64,000 bases of DNA from Chloroflexota bacterium (GTDB taxonomy: Bacteria; Chloroflexota; Limnocylindria; Limnocylindrales; CSP1-4). Location: assembly GCA_034435355.1 (NCBI GenBank), contig DAOTXE010000019.1, forward strand, positions 9,026 to 73,025, given 5' to 3'. The position numbers and the translations under genes are program-made. The notes beneath the pieces were generated by a model. It made no database searches and was not told the DNA's origin. It saw nothing but the letters and a program-made list of their open reading frames with translations. Positions 42,530 through 51,980 of this stretch are shown piece after piece. Position 1 is the first letter of the stretch. Every line of letters begins with the position of its first letter.

Positions 42530-43707
42530 AGATCGGGCTCGTGACCCCGTACGTGTACCCGCTCCCAGGGGGCGTCAACGACCATGTCGGGCACCTGTAC
42601 GAGGCGCTGCGTGGCCGCGGCCACGACGTCCGGATCCTGACGGCCAGCCACGGCCTCCAGCGCAGCTCCGAGGGCGACGTCATCCGGATCGGGAAAGGCT
42701 TCTCCGTGCCGTCGAACGGGTCCATGGGGACGATCACGGTCTCGCCCCGCTATCGCAGCCAGATCCAGGCAGTCCTCGACGGCGAGCAGTTCGACCTCCT
42801 TCATTTTCACGAGCCCTTCGTGCCCCTCCTCGCCGTGTTCACGCTGCGCGAGTCCCGAAGCGTCAACATCGCCACGTTCCACGCCTACTCCGGGTACGCG
42901 CCCGGCTACCAGCTGGGCGGCAGGCTGCTGCGACCCGTTGCCCGGCATATCCACGGCCGGATCGCGGTCAGCGCGGCCGCCCGGCACTTCGCGGACCGCT
43001 ACCTGCCCGGCGACTACAAGGTGATCCCCAACGGCGTGGACCTCGCCCGGTTCGCGCACGCGGTCCCGATCGCGCGCTGGCAGGACGGCCGCCCGAACAT
43101 CCTCTTCGTCGGCCGGTTCGAGGCCCGCAAGGGGCTGCTTCCGCTCCTGAAGGCCTACCGGATCCTGCGCAAGAGCGGCCGCGACTGCCGGCTCCTGGTG
43201 GTCGGCTCCGGGCCGCAGGAGCGGGAGGCACGCCGCTACGTGATGACCCGGCGCCTGCCCGACGTGGAGTTCCTGGGCCGCGTGTCGGACAGCGACAAAG
43301 TCCAGCTCTTCAGGACGGCCGATGTCTACGTGTCGCCGGCGACCGGCCGCGAGTCGTTCGGGATTGTTCTCCTCGAGGCGATGGCCGCCGGGACGGCGAT
43401 CGTCTGCAGCGACATCCACGGCTACAAGGGTGTCGTCAAGCGGGGCGAGCAGGCGCTCCTCGTGCCGCCCGGCGAGTCACGCCCGCTCGCCGAGGCGATC
43501 CTCCGGCTCGTCGACGACCCGGACCTGCGTGCGCGGATGGAGGCGAGTGGCCTCGAGCGCGTCGCCGAGTTCGGCTGGGACCGGATCGCGGCCCGGGTGG
43601 AGGCCTATTACGGGTTCGTGATCCGGCGCCTCGCGGCGCAGGGCGCCCTGCCGGACGGGTTCCGCGCCGACGTTCCGCCGGACCCGCGGGCCGGCGTCGT
43701 CGGCTGA
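42526..43707 (+). CDS. GT4 family glycosyltransferase (PimA/MshA-like mannosyltransferase)
   Basis: KIGLVTPYVYPLPGGVNDHV...FVGRFEARKGL...ESFGIVLLEAMAAGTAIVCSD, a GT-B fold with the EX7E motif. Confidence 0.85.
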   Translation: MKIGLVTPYVYPLPGGVNDHVGHLYEALRGRGHDVRILTASHGLQRSSEGDVIRIGKGFSVPSNGSMGTITVSPRYRSQIQAVLDGEQFDLLHFHEPFVPLLAVFTLRESRSVNIATFHAYSGYAPGYQLGGRLLRPVARHIHGRIAVSAAARHFADRYLPGDYKVIPNGVDLARFAHAVPIARWQDGRPNILFVGRFEARKGLLPLLKAYRILRKSGRDCRLLVVGSGPQEREARRYVMTRRLPDVEFLGRVSDSDKVQLFRTADVYVSPATGRESFGIVLLEAMAAGTAIVCSDIHGYKGVVKRGEQALLVPPGESRPLAEAILRLVDDPDLRARMEASGLERVAEFGWDRIAARVEAYYGFVIRRLAAQGALPDGFRADVPPDPRAGVVG

Positions 43708-43716
43708 CCGGCCCCG

Positions 43717-46700
43717 TCAGGTTCGTGGCGGCTCGGGCGCTGCGGGCGCCTCGGGCGCTTCCGGCCACTCGGGCGCTGCGGGCGCTGCGGGCGGCTCCGA
43801 CAGCAGGGCAGGCGCGGCCTCGTCGGCCAGTCGCTCGGCGATCGCGATGCGCCACACCCAGGCGCTGTACCCCACGATCAGGACCGAGACGAGCACCGCG
43901 GCGAGCAGGAGCAGCGGCCACGGGCTGGCGAACGACACGGTGAACGGCGCGTCCGTGTTCACGGCGAACTGGAACGGGTAGAGCCACGTCGGCAGGAGGC
44001 CCTGATACCAGTTGAAGACGCCGTTCGGGAGCGGCAGCCCTGACCAGTTCGGGTAGAACGCAACGAACGCCACGGCCGAGGCGAGCACGACGCCGACGGC
44101 GAACCGGCGCGGCGAGCGGGCCGTCCACACGAGCCAGGCGAGCGGCCCGAGGACCAGCAGGAGGAGCAGCGAGAGAAGCTCGCCCGGGATGCTCGGGGTC
44201 TGGACCAGCGGGGTCACCGGGAGCAGGACGGCCGCCGCAACGAGGCAGGCGAGGGCAATGAGCCCGGTCGCGACGATTCGGCGTGAGCCCGCTGCAGCCG
44301 CGGCCCGGTCCGCGCCCGCCCGGACCAGCCGGTCGAGCCGGACCAGCTGCCAGACCAGGAGCCCCGCGCCGGCCGCGAGGACGACGATGAGGCCGACGAC
44401 CTGGGCCGTCAGCGAGAAGGGCAGGGACGCGGCGGCGGTGCACGCTTGGGAACCGGGGTCGACCCGCTCGACGCCGGCGAGCCCGCACAGCGGGCTCTTG
44501 CCGAACCAGAGGACAACCGGGACGAGGAGCGCCGCTGCGGCGGCGCCCCGGGCCAGCAGCCATGTCCGGGCCGACGGACCGTGCCAGAGCTCCGCCACGA
44601 AATAGGCCAGGCCGAGGATCACGAATGGGACCGTGGCGTAGTAGTGGTATTCGAACGTGGCCCGATCGATCCGCGCCCAGGAGAGCCAGGTGAAGGCAAT
44701 CACGACCGAGATGAGCCCCAGCCCGAGGCTCCTGCGCCGGTAGGCCTGCCAGGCGACGAAGGCGATGGCCGGGATGGCGAGCCACCAGATGACCGGGTTG
44801 CCGCCGTCGTAGATGGCGCCCGACATCGACCCGCCGAAGGACTGCTGGAAGAACCAGACCGGCTTGAGGTCGAGCGGCCAGGCCCACCAGGGCGACGCGG
44901 CCGGGTGGGTCGCCCGGAGGTTGTTGTGGTAGTCGTACATCGCCTTGGTGAGGTCGAGCAGCGTCTGGCCCGTGTTGCCCGGCGGCCAGGAGGACGTCAG
45001 GCGGTTGCCCAGGGCCACCCAGGGCAGGTACAGGGCGACGTAGACCGCGGCCGGGATCGCCCCCAGCGAGATTCCCGCCCAGGCCACGGGCAGGCCCCGG
45101 CGCCAGCCCGGGCGGAGCCAGCCATCCGGAGGGGGCGCAGGCGGGCCGAGCAATGCCGCGGGATCGTCGGGTGCGATCGGCGGCGCGAGCGGGCCGAAGC
45201 CGAGCCGTCCCGCGAGCCAGAAGGCCCCGGCGGCCAGCGCGGAGATGCCGAAGCAGCCGAGCGCGAGCGCGAGCGCCGCAGGCCCGAGAGCGAGCGGGAT
45301 CGCCACCAGCGCCACCAGAGCCCCGGCCGCGGCGGGCCCGGCGACCGCGATCCAGACTTCCTCGACCGACCACGCGATCGGGTGGAGCACCGTCACCGCG
45401 GCGGCCGCGAGGGTCAGCCCGATCATGATGGCGAGGAAGGCAAGGTTGCCTCCGGACGTCGCGCCGGCCGGGACCGAGACGGCCATGTACCCGAGCACGG
45501 CCGTCGCGCCGGCGAGGCCGAGGACGACCACGACCCGTCCGAGCGCCGACCGGACCAGGAGCAGGAGCGCGACGGCAGCGAGCGCATAGAGTCCGACCCA
45601 CTTGGACCCCATGGCGAGCCCGAGCAGAAGTCCCACGACCGGCATCCCGACCCAGAACGCCCCGCGCCAGCGCCACGCCCCCGTCCAGATCGCCGCGAAC
45701 AGCGTGACGGCGGCAACGATGAAGAACGCGACGTACGTGTCGTTCATGCCGATGCGCTGCTGGACGAAGAACATCCCGTCCAGCAGGCCGAAGATGCCGG
45801 CAAGCACGGCCACCGAGCGCCGACGGAACAGGATCCGCGCAAGCAGGAAGAGGAGCCCGGCCATCAGCGCGCCGAGGATCACGCCCGGGAGTCGCCAGGC
45901 GAACGCGTGCTGGCCGATGTCGACGGAGGCCGCCTGGCCGGTCGCCCCGAACACCAGGATCTGCTCGCGGTCCGTGGCCGGCACGTCCGGGTTGACGTCG
46001 GTGGCCCAGGCGGCGGGCGCGAACGGCAGGCGGGCGTCCGCGAAGACGCTGTTGCCGCGCGGCTCCACGACGTAGACGGTCCAGCCCGTGCCGTCCATCG
46101 TCCGGCCGAGCGCGTGGATCATCTGGCTCGCCGCGTCATAGGTGACGCGGCTGATGGCGGCGGGCATCCAGACGCTCTGCGAGAGGGTCGGCGCGCTCCC
46201 GTCCGCCGGGGTCCCGATCACGGCCAGCGACGACCCGGTCGCCGCGTACAGGAAGGGCGAGTCGAGGCCCGGGGCCGCGACCACGCTCGTGGCGCCCCCG
46301 GCCAGCGGAACCTGCCCGGTCACCGCGCCGCTCGTCGGCTCCATGAACGTCACGCCGGCGGCATCGGACACCGCGACCTGGGAGAGGCTCGTGTCGCTCA
46401 GCCCGGCGAGCGCCCCGCTCGCGATGGCGGCGTCGATCTGCGTCCTCTGGGCGGAGATGGCAGTCGAGATGACCACCTGCGACGCCTTCGAGCGGAGCTG
46501 CTGCTCGTAGGTTGCCGTCGTGCCGCCCAGGATCCTGGAGAGCTGGGCGGCGACGAACGTCGGGTCGGTCACGCTCGCCGGGTCCGCCACGAGCGCGGCG
46601 ACGGTGCCGGCATCGGCAACCTCCGAGCGGCCCGCCAGGATGACCGAGGCGAGCCGTGCCCCCGTTGCCGCGTCGAGCGAGACGAGCGTGTCGCCGGGGG

Positions 46701-48909
46701 TCGCCGCGAGCACCGTCGCGCCATCGTCCGTGACCCACAGCCGCGTCACCGGGCCCCCCGCGGACCCGAGCGGGACGAGGGCGGGCCGCAGCGCCCCGCC
46801 GGTCGCTGCGGCCCGCACGGCGGCGGCGCCGACGGACGTGTCGAGGGCGAGGATGTCACCCGAGGCCGTGCCGACGAAGAGCCGATGCCCCGTGGCGTCG
46901 ACCGCGACCGCCTGCGCGCCGGGCAGCGCGAGGGTGACGAGGAGCTCGCGCGTCTGCAGGTCGTAGACGCGGATGCCGGCACCCGTCGCGACGTACAGCC
47001 GGTTGCCCTCGGCCTGGCCCCCGCCGGCCGCTGCCGGGTCGGACCAGCCCTCCTCGATGGCGACGTCCGTCACCGGCACGCCGAGCGCGCTCGTGGCGGT
47101 GACCGTGTCGTCCCCGACCGCGACCAGCCCGCCTGCCATGACGTACTTGGCCAGGTGCGGGTGGGTCCACTCGTAGATCGCGTGCGGTTCGCCGTAGCGC
47201 CAGTCCTGCAGGAACTCGGTGGCCGTGCGCGCGTGATAGACCTCGTCGAAGTGCATCCGCAGGGGCTCGCCCAGCCGGAAGGTCCGCAGGAAGAGCGACG
47301 CGACGACGATCACGACGATGAACCAGAGGTCGAGCCGGTCGAGCGTGCCGCCGCCCTCGCGATCGAGAAGGTGCGAGCGATCGAAGGCTGCCCGCCCGGC
47401 GAGGGCGCGCGCGCCGCCGGCCGCCCGGCCCAGCGCCGCTCCGAGGCCGAGCCCACCCACCGGGGGAGCGTCACCGGGCCCGCCCTCTGCGGGCGCATCG
47501 GCCAGCGCTCCCCGCGGAGCGGGCGCCTCCCCGGCCGGCGGCGCGTCGTCGTCGGCCGCGATCAGCGCGGCGGTGGCGTCGACCTCCTCGGGGGCCGGGT
47601 GAACCAGGAACGCCAGCCCCGTGAGCAGGCCCCCTGCGTGGACGGCGGCCGCGGCGGTGACCCCGCCCCATGAGCGCGCCGCGTCGCCGAGCTGGGATCC
47701 CAGGCCGCCGAATGCGTCGAGCATCGGTCCGAGCCCGAGGTTCGCGTAGAACGGCTCGGTCAGGATGCCGTAGAGGTTGGCCGTATTCGCAGCCGCCAGC
47801 GCGAGATAGACCCCGATCCAGCGCGGGCTCACCGCCACGAGCACGGCCCCGAGCGCGAAGAACGGGAAGAGGTAGCGCTCGTGGACGCGGGTCGGCAGGA
47901 CGAAGAAGGCGATCGCAAGCACCGCCAGGGCCGCGAGGAAGGTCCGCCGGTCGTCGCGCCGCCAGATGACGGCGGCCAGGAACCCGATCATGCCGAGCAG
48001 CAGGGCAGTACCGACCACGATCGCCGGGATCCCGAAGACCAGGAAGCCCGGCCCGCCGTCGGCGCCGGCCTGCGTGGCGTCGCGGATCCAGGTCCCGTTG
48101 AGGGCAAGCCCCGCCCCGGCCTGGCTGACGAGCGCCCACGGGTTGAACGCGTTGACGGTCAGCCATGGGTAGCCCGCCGCGGTGTCGACGATCTGGTGGA
48201 GCAGGCCCACGATCGTCAGTCCGAAGGGGGCGCACAGGAGCTGGGCGGTGACCAGCCCGACGAGCGTCGTGGTCAGCACGCGGCGGGGTCCGTGGCCGGG
48301 CGGCCGGGTGACCAGGTTTCGGCGCAGGATCAGGACGGCAGCCAGGGGGATGAGGATCCCGAACTGGGGCTTGATGATCGCCGCGACGGTCGTGAGCAGG
48401 GCGGCTCGCTCGTCGCGTCCGCGCCACAGCTCGCGCACGGCGAGAAGGAGCACCAGCGTCCCGACCGAGTCGACCTGGGACCAGATCGCGCTGTCGAACC
48501 AGGTGACCGGGACGAACAGGACCAGGGCGGCGGCGCCGAGCGCGGCCCGCCGGCGCGCACCGAGATCGGCGGCGAGCTGGAAGACGGCGACCGCGAGCCC
48601 CAGGTCGGCCAGGATCGCCGGCAGCTTCAGGAGATCGCCGGGCGCGGCGCCCGGCCCGCCCAGGAGCTGGGCCACCAGGCCGAGACCCCACAGGACGTAG
48701 AGATACCCGGGCGTGTAGTCGATGAAGATCCCGCGGCCGTAGATCCCGAACGGCCCGTTCCGGGCGAGCTCCACGGCCCAGCCGTTGAAGGAGCCGACGT
48801 CCACCTTGAAGCCGGACCCGGGCAGGACGGCGTATGCGATGATGAGCCGAAGGACGAGGCCGAGCGCGAGAAGAACGCCGAGCGGGACGGCAACGTCCCG
48901 AAGCCGCAC
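43717..48909 (-). CDS. giant polytopic membrane glycosyltransferase: N-terminal GT-C domain + PMT (GT39) N-terminal domain + beta-propeller-like insert + PMT C-terminal/PMT_4TMC region
   Basis: The first ~460 codons of the 2191-aa ORF track entry are Arg-rich and overlap a plus-strand gene, so the start is placed at GTG 48909. IKPQFGILIPLAAV is a GT-C motif. RMHFDEVYHARTATEFL...HPHLAKYVM matches PMT. YVATGAGIRVYDL...LFVGTASGDILALD is propeller-like. YDYHNNLRATHPAASPWWAWPLDLKPVWFF...GNPVIWWLAIPAIAF matches PMT_4TMC. Confidence 0.75.
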   Translation of the reverse strand: MRLRDVAVPLGVLLALGLVLRLIIAYAVLPGSGFKVDVGSFNGWAVELARNGPFGIYGRGIFIDYTPGYLYVLWGLGLVAQLLGGPGAAPGDLLKLPAILADLGLAVAVFQLAADLGARRRAALGAAALVLFVPVTWFDSAIWSQVDSVGTLVLLLAVRELWRGRDERAALLTTVAAIIKPQFGILIPLAAVLILRRNLVTRPPGHGPRRVLTTTLVGLVTAQLLCAPFGLTIVGLLHQIVDTAAGYPWLTVNAFNPWALVSQAGAGLALNGTWIRDATQAGADGGPGFLVFGIPAIVVGTALLLGMIGFLAAVIWRRDDRRTFLAALAVLAIAFFVLPTRVHERYLFPFFALGAVLVAVSPRWIGVYLALAAANTANLYGILTEPFYANLGLGPMLDAFGGLGSQLGDAARSWGGVTAAAAVHAGGLLTGLAFLVHPAPEEVDATAALIAADDDAPPAGEAPAPRGALADAPAEGGPGDAPPVGGLGLGAALGRAAGGARALAGRAAFDRSHLLDREGGGTLDRLDLWFIVVIVVASLFLRTFRLGEPLRMHFDEVYHARTATEFLQDWRYGEPHAIYEWTHPHLAKYVMAGGLVAVGDDTVTATSALGVPVTDVAIEEGWSDPAAAGGGQAEGNRLYVATGAGIRVYDLQTRELLVTLALPGAQAVAVDATGHRLFVGTASGDILALDTSVGAAAVRAAATGGALRPALVPLGSAGGPVTRLWVTDDGATVLAATPGDTLVSLDAATGARLASVILAGRSEVADAGTVAALVADPASVTDPTFVAAQLSRILGGTTATYEQQLRSKASQVVISTAISAQRTQIDAAIASGALAGLSDTSLSQVAVSDAAGVTFMEPTSGAVTGQVPLAGGATSVVAAPGLDSPFLYAATGSSLAVIGTPADGSAPTLSQSVWMPAAISRVTYDAASQMIHALGRTMDGTGWTVYVVEPRGNSVFADARLPFAPAAWATDVNPDVPATDREQILVFGATGQAASVDIGQHAFAWRLPGVILGALMAGLLFLLARILFRRRSVAVLAGIFGLLDGMFFVQQRIGMNDTYVAFFIVAAVTLFAAIWTGAWRWRGAFWVGMPVVGLLLGLAMGSKWVGLYALAAVALLLLVRSALGRVVVVLGLAGATAVLGYMAVSVPAGATSGGNLAFLAIMIGLTLAAAAVTVLHPIAWSVEEVWIAVAGPAAAGALVALVAIPLALGPAALALALGCFGISALAAGAFWLAGRLGFGPLAPPIAPDDPAALLGPPAPPPDGWLRPGWRRGLPVAWAGISLGAIPAAVYVALYLPWVALGNRLTSSWPPGNTGQTLLDLTKAMYDYHNNLRATHPAASPWWAWPLDLKPVWFFQQSFGGSMSGAIYDGGNPVIWWLAIPAIAFVAWQAYRRRSLGLGLISVVIAFTWLSWARIDRATFEYHYYATVPFVILGLAYFVAELWHGPSARTWLLARGAAAAALLVPVVLWFGKSPLCGLAGVERVDPGSQACTAAASLPFSLTAQVVGLIVVLAAGAGLLVWQLVRLDRLVRAGADRAAAAAGSRRIVATGLIALACLVAAAVLLPVTPLVQTPSIPGELLSLLLLLVLGPLAWLVWTARSPRRFAVGVVLASAVAFVAFYPNWSGLPLPNGVFNWYQGLLPTWLYPFQFAVNTDAPFTVSFASPWPLLLLAAVLVSVLIVGYSAWVWRIAIAERLADEAAPALLSEPPAAPAAPEWPEAPEAPAAPEPPRT

Positions 48910-48990
48910 CCGGGCCTGCTCGCCCGCCCGCGCCCGCTCGCCCGGTGCGGGGCCAGCCAAGGGGAACGGCCTCCGTGATCGAGCGCTGAG

Positions 48991-50397
48991 GTGAACCGGA
49001 GTATAGCCGAGGGCTCGGACGACCTTGCCCCTCGGCCGGCCCGGGCAGCCGCCTCGCGGCCTCGTTCCCCGCTCGCCGTGGGGCTGGGCCTCATGGTCCT
49101 GTTCCTGGCCCTGTATCTCCTCACCCGGCCCTGGTGGCCGACGGTCTACAACCACTTCGTCTGGCAGGCGGACGCCTTCCTCCACGGCCAGGCCTCCATC
49201 CGCTTCCCGGTCCCGGCGACGGGCACCTCGCCGGGCAACGACTTCTTCAATGACGTCGTCCCCGTTCTCGACGCCGCCGGGAACGAGACGGGCCGCGGGA
49301 TGATCCCGTTCCCGCCCCTGCCGGCCGTGATCCTCCTCCCGTTCGTGGCGATCTGGGGGATGGCCACCGACGAGACGTTCCTGTCCGTCCTGCTCGGTGC
49401 GATGGACGTCGGGCTCGCCTACTGGCTCCTTGGCAGGCTGCCGGTCCGCGCCGGGCTTCGCGCCGCCCTCACGGTCTTCCTGGGGGCCGGGACGGCGCTT
49501 TGGTATGCCTCGTCGCTCGGCACGACGTGGTACATAGCGCACGTGGTCGCGGTCGGGCTCGCGCTCGGCGCGGTCGGGCTCGCGCTCGATGCCGACGGCC
49601 GGACGGCCGCGCTCGACGCGGGCGCGCCTCGCCCCCTCCTCGACTGGCGCCAGGTCGCCGCCGGCCTTCTCCTGGGTCTCGCGGTGACGAGCCGGCTGAC
49701 CGTGGTCTTCGGGGCGGTGTTCCTTCTCTTCGTCGGCGGGGGCGGCTCGTGGACACGACGGACCGTCAGCGCGGGGCTCGGCATGGCGATCCCGGTCGGA
49801 GCGCTGCTCCTGTACAACCTCGCGGTGAGCGGGACGCCGTTCAACTCCATCTACGAGGCGCTCTACCGTTACGAGGTGTGGGCCTACCCCGAGCTCCACT
49901 ACAACGGGGCATGGGCACTGGAGGACCTCCGCTACATCCCCCAGAACCTCGGGATCATGCTGGGCGGCCTTCCGGACGTGCTGCCCGCCTGCGACGCCGG
50001 CGTTCCGCGCGAGATCTGGAGCGCTGCCGGGTGCTCCTGGCTGGTGCCCAACCCGGTCGGGATGAGCCTGCTGCTCACCAGCCCGGCCTGGCTCCTGGCC
50101 GCCGCCGCGCTGCCACTCCTGCGTGACCGGAGGGTCGTGGGGGCCTTCCTCGCGACGCTCGCCATCGCGGTCGCCAACCTGATGCACTTCTCGCAGGGCT
50201 GGGTCCAGTTCGGCTACCGGTTCAGCCTCGACTTCGCGCCGTTCCTGCTGGTCCCGCTCGCCCTCGGCGCAGAGCGGCTCGTGGCCCGCCATGGCGCCCG
50301 CACGCGCCGTGGCGGGCTGCTCGTCGGCGGCCTGATCGCGGCCTCCGTCGTCGTGCAGGCTTGGGGGCTCGTGTGGGCCAGGGTGCTCGGCTGGTGA
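48991..50397 (+). CDS. GT-C fold polytopic membrane glycosyltransferase-like protein
   Basis: Multiple TM helices. This gene is divergent from the giant GT and couples (GTGA overlap) with the downstream gene. Its family could not be assigned. Confidence 0.6.
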   Translation: MNRSIAEGSDDLAPRPARAAASRPRSPLAVGLGLMVLFLALYLLTRPWWPTVYNHFVWQADAFLHGQASIRFPVPATGTSPGNDFFNDVVPVLDAAGNETGRGMIPFPPLPAVILLPFVAIWGMATDETFLSVLLGAMDVGLAYWLLGRLPVRAGLRAALTVFLGAGTALWYASSLGTTWYIAHVVAVGLALGAVGLALDADGRTAALDAGAPRPLLDWRQVAAGLLLGLAVTSRLTVVFGAVFLLFVGGGGSWTRRTVSAGLGMAIPVGALLLYNLAVSGTPFNSIYEALYRYEVWAYPELHYNGAWALEDLRYIPQNLGIMLGGLPDVLPACDAGVPREIWSAAGCSWLVPNPVGMSLLLTSPAWLLAAAALPLLRDRRVVGAFLATLAIAVANLMHFSQGWVQFGYRFSLDFAPFLLVPLALGAERLVARHGARTRRGGLLVGGLIAASVVVQAWGLVWARVLGW

Positions 50398-51980
50398 TCG
50401 CCGGCAAGCGAAGGGGGGAGCTGGATCGCCGGATCGCGCTGGCGAGCGTCGCTGCGCCCGTGCTCGTCGGCGTGGTCGCGTTCGCGCTCGCCCGGTCGAC
50501 GCTGCTTCCCGGCCAGGGCCTCTGGGACACCGGCGAGTTCCAGGTGGTGGCCCCCGTGCTGGGCACGGCGCATCCCACCGGCTACCCGAGCTACGTGCTG
50601 CTGGGCTGGCTGGCGAACCTGCTGCTGGCGCCCATCGGCGAGCCGGCCCTGCGGATGAACCTGCTCTCGGCGATCACGCTCGGGGTGTCGAGTGGGTTGA
50701 CAGTCGTGCTGGTCCGCCAGCTGACGGGCCGGACGCTCGTGGCGGCCGGGGCCGGGATGCTCCTGGCGTTGACGCCGATCCCGTGGCGCGTCGGGTCGTT
50801 CGCCGACCCGCACATGCTCCACCTCGCCCTGGTCGCCGGGCTGCTCGTGCTGCTCGTCGGCTGGGAGAAGCGGGCGCGAGCCGTCCGGTCGGACGCGGAC
50901 CGCTGGCTGGTCGCCGCGGCTGCGCTGTACGGCGTCGCCGTGGGCAACCAGGCGCTCACCTTCCTGCTCGCGCCGGGGATCGCCCTCTTCATCCTCGCCG
51001 TCGACCGGGGCGCATGGCGGCGGGGGGGCCTGGTCGGCCGCTGCGCCGCCGCCCTCTTCGGCACGGCCGCGCTCGTCTACCTGGAGCTTCCGATCCGGGC
51101 GGCGATGGGCGCGCCGCTCGTCTACGGGCACCCGGACACGTGGGCCGGCTTCTGGTACGTGGCCCTCGGGCTGCAGTTCACCGGCGCGCTCGGCGGGCTC
51201 TTCACGGACCTTGCCGGCAAGGCGGGGGCCCTGGTCAGCCTGGCGACGGCGCAGGTCGGGCCGCTCGTCGCGCTCGTCCCGGCGAGCCTCCTGGTGACCG
51301 CCATCCGGCGGCCCCGGTATGCCCTCCTCTCCGCCACCTGGCTGGCAATGACGTGCTGGTTCGCGATCTCCTACACCAACGCCGACATCGACCGCTACTA
51401 CCTCGGCCCGATCCTGATCGCGGTGAGCTGGCTCGCGATCGCCGCCGGCGCGGTCGCCGACGCGGTCGAGGCGCAGCTGTTCGTGAGCCCCGACGACGCG
51501 GGGAGGCACGCCGCCGCGGTGCGGCTGGTCCTGAGCGGCGTCGCCTGCGTCGCTCTCGTCGGTCCGGCGGTCATCGCCGCCCCGGCCACCCGGCTCGCCG
51601 TGGACCAGTCGACCGACACGCAGGCCGCCGACTGGAGCCACTGGGCGCTGCAGGTCGTCGAGCCGCACGCCGTGCTCGTGACGTGGTGGGACTACTCGAC
51701 GCCCCTCTGGTACCGCCAGCTGATCCTGGGCGAGCGTCCCGACGTCAGCGTGATCGACGATCGCACGCGGCTCGACGCGAACCTGGGAAGCGTGGACGAC
51801 GTGATCCGTGCGAACCTTGGCACGCGGCCCGTCTACCTGGTGCGGCGCGACGAGGACCTGCCGGACCTCGAGCAGCGCTGGCAGGTGGAACCGATGCCCG
51901 ATCCCGGGGGCCTGCAGGCGCTCCTGCGTGTCGTGGGCCCGGTCGCAGCGATTCGCCTCCCGGCTACGATAGGGCCATGA
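50394..51980 (+). CDS. DUF2723/TMEM260-like GT-C membrane protein (putative mannosyltransferase)
   Basis: GQGLWDTGEFQVVAPVLGTAHPTGYPSYVLLGWL, a polytopic membrane protein with a soluble C-terminal domain. GTGA overlap upstream, ATGA downstream. Confidence 0.65.
   Translation: MIAGKRRGELDRRIALASVAAPVLVGVVAFALARSTLLPGQGLWDTGEFQVVAPVLGTAHPTGYPSYVLLGWLANLLLAPIGEPALRMNLLSAITLGVSSGLTVVLVRQLTGRTLVAAGAGMLLALTPIPWRVGSFADPHMLHLALVAGLLVLLVGWEKRARAVRSDADRWLVAAAALYGVAVGNQALTFLLAPGIALFILAVDRGAWRRGGLVGRCAAALFGTAALVYLELPIRAAMGAPLVYGHPDTWAGFWYVALGLQFTGALGGLFTDLAGKAGALVSLATAQVGPLVALVPASLLVTAIRRPRYALLSATWLAMTCWFAISYTNADIDRYYLGPILIAVSWLAIAAGAVADAVEAQLFVSPDDAGRHAAAVRLVLSGVACVALVGPAVIAAPATRLAVDQSTDTQAADWSHWALQVVEPHAVLVTWWDYSTPLWYRQLILGERPDVSVIDDRTRLDANLGSVDDVIRANLGTRPVYLVRRDEDLPDLEQRWQVEPMPDPGGLQALLRVVGPVAAIRLPATIGP

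Noticed and set aside
48910-50292. N-terminal ~460 codons of the 2191-aa minus ORF 43717..50292
   Set aside because: The composition is junk-like (RREEG..., Arg/Glu/Asp runs). It overlaps the plus-strand GT-C gene 48991..50397. The real protein features begin after GTG 48909.
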